A stretch of DNA of 64,000 bases from Pelomyxa schiedti (Eukaryota; Protista; Evosea): NCBI GenBank assembly GCA_020536535.1, contig JAHLWZ010000359.1, positions 35,588-99,587 on the forward strand, written 5' to 3'. A program made the position numbers and the translations under genes. This document shows positions 47,065 through 58,832 of this stretch, in pieces (position 1 is the first letter of the stretch; each line of letters starts with the position of its first letter). Below the pieces are notes generated by a model. It saw only the letters and a program-made list of their open reading frames with translations. It was not told the origin of the DNA and ran no database searches.

Positions 47065-49183
47065 ATGGGGTGCTGGGGTGCACGTGTACTTTGGGCGGTT
47101 TCAGTCTCTGTTATTGTTGCTTGGAGTGCTCCAAACGACCACCTTATCACGGAGTTGCCAGGAATTGTGGGTCTCTTTGAATCCTTGTCTACGGGACCCA
47201 CTTGCACTAACAAGTTTTGTTCTTTTCGGATTTAGGACAATGTCACCTTTGCGCAGTACTCTGGGTATGTCCAAGTTGATTCCCAAACGAACAAGAACCT
47301 GTTCTATTGGTTCGTGGAATCGCAACGAGACCCAGCTACTGATCCTGTTGTTTTGTGGATGAATGGAGGTCCTGGCGCATCATCACTCTTTGGCTTTTTT
47401 ACTGAGCATGGTCCATTTTGGTAAAGGGAACGAAATTTACACTATATCCTCCTCACTTTCGTTCAAGGCCAAATCCAGATGGCATGACTTTACACTTGAA
47501 CCCTTATGCGTGGAATAGAATTGCTAATATGATTTATCTGGGTATTTCCCCCCTCAGGTTTATGTAAAGTCATTGTATTCAGAGGCTCCTGCTGGTGTTG
47601 GGTTTACTTATAGTGATGATCCCACGGACTACACTACAGGAGATGATCAGACGGGTAACTCTATTTATCACTTCAGTAAAAATGAATACTTCTTCTCAGC
47701 CTTGGATAACTATAACTTCTTGGTGGCTTGGTTCAAGCTTTATCCAGAATTTCAAGGAAACCCATTTTATGTGTCTGGCGAGTCCTATGGGTAATAATGG
47801 TCGTGAAGTTTTCACCACTAAACTTTATAGGGGACACTACGTACCCGATCTTGCTCAAAAAATTCTGGATTTGGACACCTCCCATAATATTAACATGAAA
47901 GGCATTCTCATTGGCGACCCACTAATCAATAGAGATTCCTACATGTGGGATGCAGATCCCAATGCCGATGCCTATCCTTTCGTTAATTTCATGTTTTCTT
48001 CCGATGTGAAATCTTGTATTGTTCTTATTCGAGCAGGTACACACATGGATTTATACCAGTGGAATCTTATGGAGAGGCCTCTGATATTTGTCACTGGGGA
48101 AGTTATCTTACTGATTGCGCAGGCACTTACACTAGTCCTTCTTCAGAGTGTCTTGATGCAATAAATGTGAGGCTTTTTACAAAGTTGAAATGGATAACCA
48201 TGCATAAACAGAAATGCTTGGACTATATTCCATCAAACCTTGACCTGTATAATGTTCTTGCTCCAGTGTGTCTAGCAACGACTGCTACACAGAGGATGCA
48301 ATATGTCTCGAACTGGAATCCAGTGGTCAAAGTAGTCGCGTATCTTCCCATCTCCATAAATGGCTTTATCCTACACATCCTCTTTTTTTTTAGAGAATTA
48401 CAAGACCAAAAAGCAAAACAAGGCCCAATAGCCTCCGCTGTATACACTTACAATTACGATCCCTGTGTAACTGAACCTCGTTCATTTCAGTGCGTCTGAA
48501 TCTTTATAGATGCAAAACTACGTAACTACTTATCTTAATCTGCCTGAGGTTCAAACTGCAATTCATGCTCGCCCAACTCTGTGGGGAGTAGTAAGTCCCC
48601 AAAAACTTATTGCCCGCTGCTAATGCGAGTCAGTTTGAGAGCAATCTCAACTATTCTTCGGCCGACTTTTACATAAACATGGTTCCTGTGATTCAAGAAT
48701 TTATAGACTACACTGATTGGACCATTTTTGTGTACTCAGGTGCCTCTTTAAACTCACATTCGCTAAAATTAAATCATTGTATTCTATCCTCTCAGGTGCA
48801 CTTGATGGCTGTGTTCCGTTCATCGGTACTCAAAGGTTGCTCACATTCCATTCTCTTCCTTCTCAGTGACAGCATTTCAATAGGTGGATTTCCTGCCTTG
48901 GAAGACCCATAGTAAACGATTGGCGTGGCTGGGACTTTGACTCCCAAGGCGCCGGCACAGTCATTGACTATGATAGAATCACTTTTATGACAGTCAAGGC
49001 CTCTGGTCATATGGTAAATCTCAACATTTTCGCATTTCATTTAACACAATTTAAAAATACAGGTTCCCACCTATGCACCCAAGGCAGGATTCGGTAACAA
49101 AACCACAAAACATAAACACAAAATCCTAACTCCCATTTCCAAAAGCCATGTTCCAGTGCTGGATGGACGACGGCGTCTGCTAA
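47065..49183 (+). CDS. Serine carboxypeptidase (S10 family), secreted; multi-exon
   Basis: Signal peptide, [46 protein letters not shown]|[23 protein letters not shown]|VP. Confidence 0.93.
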
Positions 49184-49612
49184 TTTTGGTTTTGCACCTC
49201 GTTTGATTCAATCAATCTGTTAGTTTTTTTTTCCCCGTTCCCCCACAACAAACTTTCCATCAATTTTTCACACGACGCCGGTTCATCTCAACCCCAACCA
49301 CACCTCGTTAGAACAGTAGCAGTGTGCGCCATCAAGCTAATAATTGCCAGACACTGTCATTGTCAGTTTCAGAGAGATCCATCTCACTGAGTCATAGGCA
49401 GACGCCACACACCGGTCAGCGTAAACCAAGACGGTCAGTCGAGTACAACCAACACACTCTGGCTGTCTGGTTACAGTTGCTTTTTTTCGAAGTTTGGGAC
49501 CAGAAACCAACCATATCTGCTTTGCCACTCGGTGCACATTGACAAGTCTTGCTTGATTTCACCGAATCATTGGGGTTGTGACTCGTTGTTGTTACACATT
49601 TGAGGCTGGAAC

Positions 49613-52565
49613 ATGGGGCAGGCCAATGGTGGTGGTGGTGGTGGCGGTGGAGGGGCACCTGGATTGCCATATCTGATACAGTACAATAACCACAGGGGGG
49701 GATACTTCACACTCACGGATGAGTATGCGACTGGTGACGGTGAAAATCCTAGCCAGGGCAATAACGGCGACGAGGGTGGTGAGGGTGAGGGTGATGGGAA
49801 TGGTGAGGGTGATGGGAATGGTGAGGGTGAGGGTGACGAGGACGAGGACGAGGATGAAGATGAAGAAGCACAAGAAGGAAGCGGTGGAAATTTGGAGAGA
49901 AGGACTTTTACCGTCAAGGAATTGGTGGAAACGGAGCAGCATTTTTGTGACTCTTTGGACATTTTACTCAGAGTATCTACTTTGCACCAAGTAAATGTGG
50001 CATTGTTGATCACCCCTTTTTTTCCTTGTGTGTCCAACAGGTATTTCAGCGGCCTCTGGAGGCTGCTATAGAAACTGGAAAACCTATAATAAGCCATGTT
50101 GCCATAAAAAATGTGAGCAAGGGCTAGCCACTCTTATTCTTTATTGATTCCACATGCAGATATTCAGTATCACAGAAACACTTGTCAACTTTCATCGTGT
50201 TTTATTGGCACAATTTCATGAAAGGATTGAAAAGTGGTCCAATGAACAATGTATAGGAGATATTTTTGTCACACATGTAGTTTACCAGCCTTGACATTTT
50301 TATGTTAAAAAATATACGAATTAGGGACCGATGCTACGAATGCATGCGGACTATGTCCGCAATTATGATACTGCAATGGCCACATACACTGAATGTAAAA
50401 AATCTCAAGCCTTTAGTAAATTTCTTGAGGTAAAAGCAAAGCATAAGATAGAAACTTACTGATTGTTTTTGGGGGGTAAAAAAAGCAAGTTTATGACTCT
50501 GGTGTCACTGAGAGACTTGAACTTCTTTCCTGTTATTTATACTACCCTCTTTATATTAGATACAACTTTAATGTAAATTCCTCTCATGGATGATTAGATT
50601 TGATCATGCCGGTTCAACGCCTTCCGGTATATATTTCCATGTTATTTGCTTGTAATACTTATTTGAGCACATGTTAAAAAGAGGTACAGACTTCTCATCC
50701 AGGTATTAAACCACTCCACTACTAAAAGTTCAATTCTCACAGGACCTCGTAAAAAGTACACCTCGGGACCACCCTGACGCTCAAAATCTGTTGAGTGCTG
50801 CAAATCTAATAAACGATGTTGCTCGTTATATCAATGAAAGAAAGCGTGAGATGGAAAACACACATCTAATACTTCAAATTCAGCATTCTCTGACCAAAGA
50901 ACTGGTATTAAAATTTTTTTACCACTAGATGGATCCAAAATCTTTTCTAATGCTTTGGCAGCCTCTAATAGAACCTCACAGGAGGTTTCAATCTTCTGGA
51001 GGTCTCATTTTAAATCAACCAGCAGCAAATCCTGTTCAGATAAATTTCTTTTTGTTCAGTGATGTCTTGCTGCTGACAGCTCCCAAAATTGGCTACTTCA
51101 ACCGTCAGGTGAAATGTGTACTATCAAATAATGACTAATTTTAATTCTAGGTCGAAAATGAGCCGATATTGTTTGAGAAACTTCACCTCCTGCAAGTGGA
51201 AGAGAGGCAAGGTAGTACCCTCCTTTCAGGACGGGCTCAATTTTCACAGATAAACGCTTTGCTATACTCACTAAAAACGGAAATTTTGATGTCATGACTA
51301 CAACGCTCCACGAAAAACAAACCTGGCTTAAAGATTTCTATTATGTGAGATCACGGTCATCAACACTTGTTGATCTAGCACTGGAGAGAGAGAAAGAAAA
51401 AATTACAAAGAGAAGTACATGCCTTGATATTCACACAACATATTTGAAACAAGAACAGGGGAACAACACAACATGCAGGCAAAAACTAGTGAGGAGCTTG
51501 ATGAAGAGGCAAGAGATTCTATTGATAGGAAAGCATTGAAAGACAGTCTATTGGCGTAAGTATTCTATACTTTGTAACGCGACTAAAGATAAAAAAAAGG
51601 CTTAATCCAGAAGAATTCAGCCGGCCTGGAAGTCGCACTGGAAGCCGCCCGGGAAGTCGGCCAGGAAGCTGTCCAGGAAGTCGCCCAGGAAGTTGTCCTG
51701 GAAGTCGAACAAGCCGCATTGTTGACTCAAAAGAAAACAAGATGACACCCTCCAAATCTAGAAGATACAGCAGCAGTACATCCAAAAGAAGAGATAGCAC
51801 ACATTCCAGTACACGTCGCCGGCGCAACCGAGTTCTTTGGACACACATTGCCCTACCTGTTACTGTTCTGCTTTCTGGAGTTGGTGTGTTTGTGTCATTG
51901 CTACTCCCGTGGTACGCATATATCGACAGCACAGACGCCCATATCTCACTAAGCATTTTTGGGGAGCAACTAAATGGAGACCAGCAAGGATGGAAACATA
52001 TCAACACAAAAGCTGTGGCAAAGGTAAAATGCCCTCTACACCTCACTCTTTTTCAACAGCATTTTTTACAGATGCTAATATTGTGCTGGTGTTGCTTGGG
52101 ACTGTCTTTTTGCTCTATATCTGGACTGGTTGTACTGGCATTTCAGTATGCCATTCAATGCACGGCCGCCGTGCGGCTATTACGCAAAACTCTACTTCTG
52201 ATTCTAAGTGTACTGTGTGTCACTGCAGCCTCCGCATCAGTTTCTCTCGTCACCGTGCTCCCAACTGCATTCAGGTACTAATAATTTCCCCTCACCATCC
52301 ATCCGCATCCACACAATTCAGTTCAATTCCTCTTTGGGGCACTCCACTATCCTTACAAACTCTACATAGAGCGGACCTTGCCGACTCATGCGGCACACAA
52401 GCGGGACCATGCACCAATCTGTTTGGGAAATCATGGGGACCGCAGAGTGGATGGTATTCCGCCATAGCATCGAGTGCTGCAACAGCCCTTGTTTTGCTTG
52501 TTGTGCTCTTTGTCAAAGTGGTACCCACAAAGCCAAATAATTGGCTTCTCAGTGGTACCACATAA
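49613..52565 (+). CDS. DH-PH RhoGEF fused to C-terminal claudin/amastin-like four-TM domain; multi-exon
   Basis: KELVETEQHF, YVRNYD, YLIMPVQRLP|RYRLL, TPRDHPD, INERKRE, FFLFSDVLL; the frame continues through GT-AG introns into SRPG repeats, then LLLPWY...LPTAF|RAD...GPC...WGPQSGW. Confidence 0.8.
51619..51712 (+). repeat. 12-nt degenerate tandem repeat encoding (S-R/C-P/T-G)n
   Basis: SRPGSRTGSRPGSRPGSCPGSRPGSCPGSRT. Confidence 0.85.
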
Positions 52566-52645
52566 AAATCTTGTTGTTTTTTTAAGAACAAGCCAGGGAC
52601 GTGTTTCCGCTTTTTTAATTCGAAATTTTTTTTTAGTTTTTATAT

Positions 52646-53185
52646 TCAGTCCACAGACAAGCCCCTCGAGAACCACAAGGCCATGCTAAAGAGTGGAACT
52701 ACAACAATGCCAACGAAGGAGCCCATAGCAGCGTCCATAGACATCCCATGGGCCACGATCTCGCACGCCAGAGACACCCCGAGAAACGGGATCACGGCGG
52801 CCAGGGTGAGGCCCAGGACGCCGCGCCTCTGCACCGGCCGCATGCACCCCCACACCAGCAGGAACGTCCACCCCCACATGAGGGCCGTGGCCACCGCGGT
52901 GGCAGAGTCTTGCTGCGTCCACGTAGGGGCGGCGGCGGCGGCTGCTGAGAGGGAAGAGGCAGAGGCGGCGGGGCACAGGGAGCGGAGAACGGGCCAGGCG
53001 CAGCGGTGCAGGCGGTAGGTGAGGCGGATGCCCGCGATGCCGTCGAGGACCGCGCCGGTGATGTAGCTCAGGCGCAGGAGGGACACCACGTTGCGGCGGC
53101 TAGCGTACGCGCTGGAGGGCGGAGAGGGAGCTGATTGGGTGTTCTTGCTGCTGGCAGCCTTCGTTGTCCTCTGTGTGTCTGTCAT
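52646..53185 (-). CDS. Intronless small multipass membrane protein resembling an uncharacterised prokaryotic family
   Basis: LLRLSYITGAVLDGIAG...ATALMWGWTFLLVWGCMRPVQRRGVLGLT; high GC, no introns. Confidence 0.65.
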   Translation of the reverse strand: MTDTQRTTKAASSKNTQSAPSPPSSAYASRRNVVSLLRLSYITGAVLDGIAGIRLTYRLHRCAWPVLRSLCPAASASSLSAAAAAAPTWTQQDSATAVATALMWGWTFLLVWGCMRPVQRRGVLGLTLAAVIPFLGVSLACEIVAHGMSMDAAMGSFVGIVVVPLFSMALWFSRGLSVD

Positions 53186-53586
53186 GTTCTTGAGCTGGGT
53201 TTTTGTTTTTTTTTTGTGGTTGTTGTTCTGTTCAAACGGGAGTGGATCCATGTGTTATATAGCCCAGGGTGAGTCACAAATCACACAAATCAAAGGTCCA
53301 AAGGGGACGCGACCATCGTTTGTTGTAGACACAACAAATTTGCTGCTGGAATTGATTTTCTGCCAAAAAATTTGAAATACCCAAAGATGCCGAAGACCAC
53401 AACAGAGAGGACTTCCCAAGTGGCCAAGGGCTGTGCGCTTCCCCCTATGGGTCCCATCAGACTGGAACTTGAGAGTCTATTTTTATCATTCCTTCAGTGT
53501 CTGCTCCTGCTACGAAAAAGACGAAAGAACAAAAAAGAAAACCAAGCCGGCGAGCGGTAACACCCCCGAAACAGCGCACACAAAAA

Positions 53587-54438
53587 ATGTCAGACGACGA
53601 AGGACCCACACCAGCCAAGGTTGGCGACGACGCCGAATTCTTGCGGTACATCGCCGCCATGAACAAGTACAACGCCAAGGCGCAGGAGTATTTCACCCAG
53701 AAGCAGGCCGAGGTGCAGGCCATGACGGAGACAATCGCAGCGGCGCGGTCGACGCCCGCGAGGCTGCCAGCCGCCCTCGCCAGCACGATGTCCAACCCCC
53801 CTCCTCTCTTCTGGGTTTTCAATGAAAAGCAGGTGAGATTTCTTTTGGGAAGTGTGGTGACTGACATGTTCTGTTTCTGTTCCTGTTATGGGAGAGTTGT
53901 GAATAGTTCGTTTGAAGTGATAATTGGTTTGGTTTTAATGGGAGACTTGTCTTGTAAAATAGACACACAACCTTACACTTTGCAGTATGAGGACAAGGTT
54001 GTTCAGCTGGAACTTGTTGTCAAAATGAATAAATTAAAAGAGGCACGTGGAGAGGAGCTCAAGGCCGAAATGGCTGCTGCGGTTGCCCCCATCAAAGAAG
54101 GTGTTCCAAGGATGGCGGAACTTGTTCAGCAAGCTGTTTCCCAAGTTCTTACACTTCTGGGGCTTTTTGAGTCCAAGCCTCCAGTACCCATTGAGCCTGC
54201 TGTGATGGCTTTGACGCAAGAGCAAGCTGATGCTTTGATGAAATACCTCTACCGGCTTCTTTCCACTGGTGACAATGCCAACCTCTTGCTCAAGTGGCAC
54301 GAGTTTGCCTTTAAAAAAGGAGGACATGGGTCAATTGTATGGCTTTTTCCCTCTCCCTTCCTGCCACTAACTATTAACTTTCTACTGCAGGTTCGCGTTT
54401 TTACAGACAAAACTGAGCTAGCTTCCACTTTAGCATAA
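53587..54438 (+). CDS. ARPC5: Arp2/3 complex subunit 5 (p16-Arc)-like, divergent; spliced
   Basis: AALASTMSNPP, IEPAVMALTQEQADALMKYLYR...LLLKWHEFAFKKGGHGSI|VRVFT matches the ARPC5 C-terminal signature. Confidence 0.85.
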   Translation: MSDDEGPTPAKVGDDAEFLRYIAAMNKYNAKAQEYFTQKQAEVQAMTETIAAARSTPARLPAALASTMSNPPPLFWVFNEKQVRFLLGSVVTDMFCFCSCYGRVVNSSFEVIIGLVLMGDLSCKIDTQPYTLQYEDKVVQLELVVKMNKLKEARGEELKAEMAAAVAPIKEGVPRMAELVQQAVSQVLTLLGLFESKPPVPIEPAVMALTQEQADALMKYLYRLLSTGDNANLLLKWHEFAFKKGGHGSIVWLFPSPFLPLTINFLLQVRVFTDKTELASTLA

Positions 54439-54564
54439 GCTTTTGTTCTATTAGAGGTTTCCTTCCGTTTGGCCCTTTTAAAATACTGCTTTTTGGAATA
54501 AAAAACAAAAACAACAAACAACACCAGCCTTTTCATTTTACTGCTTTTTGTTACCAAACTTTTC

Positions 54565-57500
54565 TTACGGGCCTTGTTTTTGGGCAGAGAAACACGCAAA
54601 AAGAGCCCGTGTGTGTTGCCTCTGTGTGTCTACAAGTCGGGTGATGAATTTCTCCTTGTTGGTAACAGATACTTGTTTTTGTTGAGTTGGAAAAGTGAAT
54701 TTTGTGTTGCATACTTTTTGAAGGAGCAACAAGTTCCAGCCATTCCAAAATTGCTTTGGCGGTAGCTTCTGTTTGATCTGTTCGGTAGCACGCCAAAACT
54801 ACACAAATAAAAGACATGTTCGCGGCTAGCTGCGTGTTGGTCAGCAAGTTTACTTTTGCAACCATAAATACCTGAATGAGACCATTGGCATTTATCTTTT
54901 CAATGCACCGGACGCAATCATGATAAGAGAGCATCATATTCTTCAAAACACGGCGCATTATATCTGTAATGCAATTGGGTATCACCATGTACACATGTGC
55001 ATGCAAGCAAACAACTTCCAACAAAGCAGTGAGCACGAAGGGTTGGATCTCTTTTCTTTGACGTTACGAGAAAGATGAAAAAAGATTAAATCACCTGAAG
55101 GTTCTGGAAGGCTGTCCCATTGTAACCCCGAAGATAGGAGTCCATTTCGTACAAGCTGGCAAACATGGATAATATTTACACGCTCGAATTCGCGGGACAC
55201 AATTATCTCAAGCTGGTGTAGAACTGCAAAGGGTTGGCTCTAGAGTAGCGTCAAAAAAAAAGGGGGGTAGGGTAGTTTTGCCTCCGCTGATCCCAAACTG
55301 AAAAGCTTAACAACTGAAGGGAAAATTTCATTTTTTGTGAAAACACAGTTGGCCAAAATTGTGAGTAATTTCTTGTCCTGAAAAATGAAGTTTTATTACA
55401 AGTATTAGTGTTGCCATTGGACATCAAGAAAAACCTGCTTACATCACTTGGTGTAGTGTCTTGGAACTCTTCACCTTCTTCGACATCGCACTCAAAGGCA
55501 AGATGATGATAACAATCAACGAGACATAGCATTGATTCCACTACAGCTCTGCAAATGATCTGCTTAAACTATACAATAAAGTTACTTTCTGGTGAAAAAA
55601 TGAATACAATATCGAAGACTAAACTGTAGAGGCGGAAAAACTTGCAGTAATAGCATGTACGTCTCTGACAAGGGTCAAATACTGAGTAGGCAAGTTGGTG
55701 CACATTGTGGTCCTGTCAATAATGATCCAATCTTCGTCGTGATAGAGACGCGAGGAAGCTGATGCTATTGGTGAACTGTGGCATCTCACAGGCCAGAGGG
55801 ACTACCTGCTTTAAGCTTCTCTGATATTCGGGTGACAAACTGCTGCTTTAGTTCGGCAACTATAGTTTCCAGAGGACCCATGAAAGCAGTCGGTATTCCT
55901 GCTTGTTGAATGACCTTCAAAGTTCCCTCCAGCTCTGTGTGGATATTAGTACGTGAATTATGGTAACTGGAGACCTAGTAGACATTGCTGATACGACTTG
56001 TCCCTGAAGTCATCAAGGGCGTATTCATTTGTCAGCAGCGAGAAAACTTGTTGGCTGAACTCTTTAAGGATTTCTTGGATCACGGACTGGAGGAACTCAG
56101 GTGCAACTTTTTGGACCTTGAGAAGTAATTAGGTATTCCTTCTAAGAGAAGGGTTTACCATTTGTATTGTTTGAGTGGGTGCAGATTTTGCGGCACTTTT
56201 CTGTGGGATGAATTATTAGATAAAATTCAGGCAAAGAAGAATAGGCCCACATCAGCTGGCTCAGACGATAGTACAAATTTATGTTGCTGGTCTGCTTTTC
56301 TTTTCCACTTTTTGTCCAGGTTGTAGGGCTTGTCATTGAAAGGTGCAGGCTTCTTGGTAACCTCAATTCCATCTTACATAAATGCTAAGTAACAAATCAG
56401 TATACAAGCAAACCTTTGGTTTTCTGTGTGAACTGAATGAATAATGTATAGTCAACACCAGCTGTATGCTGTCCAGTTCGTTTGAGATAATCCTTTCAAA
56501 TTTGAGAAAGGAGGGGTGATTTGATGTGTCGTACTAAAATCTGAACAACAAAAGCTGCCATTGAAGTCTCCCGTGTCACTCTGAGATGGATGGGATCAGT
56601 TTTGTTGTTTACCCAAACGCTGAGATATTGCTGTCAAGAAGGAAAACTATTAGGCAAGAAAATTATGCAACATTATCACTTACAGCTTTTTGCTGTGCCT
56701 TAGATGTAGGTTTCCCACCGTACTTTAGGAATGGTTTTCCTGTATCCTCCAGGGCCTGTGGAGGGATGAACTGATGGCAGTTAAGTACAAAGCACCCACA
56801 GTATCTGGTTTGCAGAAGTGGTTTATGAGATTATAGTACAGTGGCAGTTGGGTACGAATAACATCACAAAGTTTCTTGACAAAGGCAAGCTGTTTTTGTG
56901 ACTCTTTCAACAGTGAGATTAAATGCCTGATTTAATTGGGCTACCTTCTTGATGGGATTGTAAAGACCGAAATGAATTGCCAAGACTAACCAAGAGCTGT
57001 CGAATACGTTTTTTATGAATTGAAATATAGTATTGCAGAGGATCACCTAAACTCGCATCTACACCAATTTTGGAAAGAGTTCTGCCAATGGTAAGCACAA
57101 TAAGATATTGGAAATTGTTACTCGATGATTTGAAGGTGTTGTTGGAATGAAGCATTTGGATCTTGAAGAATCTCAAGAAGTTGATTTCTGTGAGAAGAAA
57201 TGAGTGACCTTGTGTGAAGCCTCTGCATAGCTACCTGAATTTGTTTACAATTTTATCACATTGTAGTAATATTTTCTGTGATATCGCATTTTGGGAATCA
57301 GCGATAAGAGCCTGAGCTCTTGCGTAGGTGTGCACAACTTTCTCATGATCACCCTAACATTTATGTCTCAATTACTCGTCAAAAGTACTGAAGCATATGC
57401 TTACAGCAGCAACGGCACTCTCAAGTTGTGAAGGTAGTTTAAACAAGAATTTGGACCGCTCTATCAAAGCAAGAGCAAATTTCCTGAGTTCTGCATCTTT

Positions 57501-58092
57501 CTTTCGATCCAGCAGTACTTGAAATACGCCCTTGGCAGAATTTTCTAGTTCTGTTTACTTGTGAATCTCTTTCACCTTTGGGAAATTGCAGAACCCTTAT
57601 ATGCGGTTTCTAATTCGTCCACGGCAACGCTGGCACTTTTGGCATGTCCAACTGGCTTTTCCACTTCCCCGTCTTCGTCATCTTCATCGTCATCGTCTTC
57701 CCCATCATGATGAACTTCTTTCTTGGGAGCCATTTTGTCATGCATACCTGAATAATTGGCAATGAGGCAGAGGCATACTAAACGAATTGAAATGAAACTC
57801 ACTGTCAACAGTGTCCTTGCACTTTATAAATTGTGGAAAATTTCCAGCTACCTGTAGGGTGTGAGTGCCAAGAGGATTTTCCAGGGTAAGTATACCAAGG
57901 CTTTTATATCAGCAGTTTTTGTAGCAAGTCTGGCCTTCAGTGCAGCTTTTTGCAATTAGTGTTGACTGCTTGTTTATACTTAATTACCTCGAGCTTCATT
58001 CAATTGTTCAAAGGAAGTTTGTGTATGCATTGACGCGAGAAACTCCTTGGGGTCAAAATCATCCCGATCAAGCCTTACCTTGCCTTTTGGGT

Positions 58093-58125
<33 letters not shown>

Positions 58126-58604
58126 GGCACCATGTAATAACTTCGAAACATACTTCTTAGAGCAGAAGCAGAAGCGCTGCTCAATGGAGCAGAGCCAGGA
58201 GTCAACGGGTCAATGACATCGTCAGGGTCATTTGCCCCCAGGACCACGGGCCCGGTTGTGTCCAACTCAGCCACCAACTTGGCCACTTCTTCGGCTGCTT
58301 CCATCCACGACTTTGGCCCTTTTCTCTCCACGACGGTGTCGACGGGCATCACGTAGTCGTTTTCGTCGTCCTCGTCCTCGTCGTCGTCCTCCTCGTCCTC
58401 GTCTTCGTCGTCGTCGTCATCGTCCTCGCCCGGGTGGGCGTGCTTCCTGTGCGACAGGGTCTTGCGGTACGCCTCGGCCTCCTCGTCCTCGCCCTCGTCG
58501 TACTCCCCCTCCTCGTACTCTCCCTCTTCCTCCTCGTAGTACTCGCCATCGTCTTCGTCGTAGTATTCCCCCTCGTCGTACTCGCCCTCCTCTTCGTCCC
58601 CCAT
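54565..58604 (-). CDS. EXOC2: Exocyst subunit Sec5/EXOC2; many exons
   Basis: FDPKEFLASMHTQTSFEQL, AKGVFQVLLDRKKDAE...LIERSKFLFKLPSQL...GDHEKVVHTYARAQ, INANGLIQ, C-terminal TRALFACF. Confidence 0.82.
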
Positions 58605-58832
58605 TTTCCTCGACGGGGCGATTTAATGTGAAAAGTGCTCTCGGAAAGATCTTCTCTCATTGGTGACACTTTGGCAGGCAACTCCTGCCGCAGGAGTGGG
58701 TTTGGCACAATAATTACAGCAGTTTCCATCTGACATGTTCTCGCTGAATCGAGATCATTCCCAAGTAAAAAAACTGATCGTCTGGTGAAAGAAAAAAAAA
58801 AGATTCGGGAGAGAAAGTCTTGCCGTTAGAAA

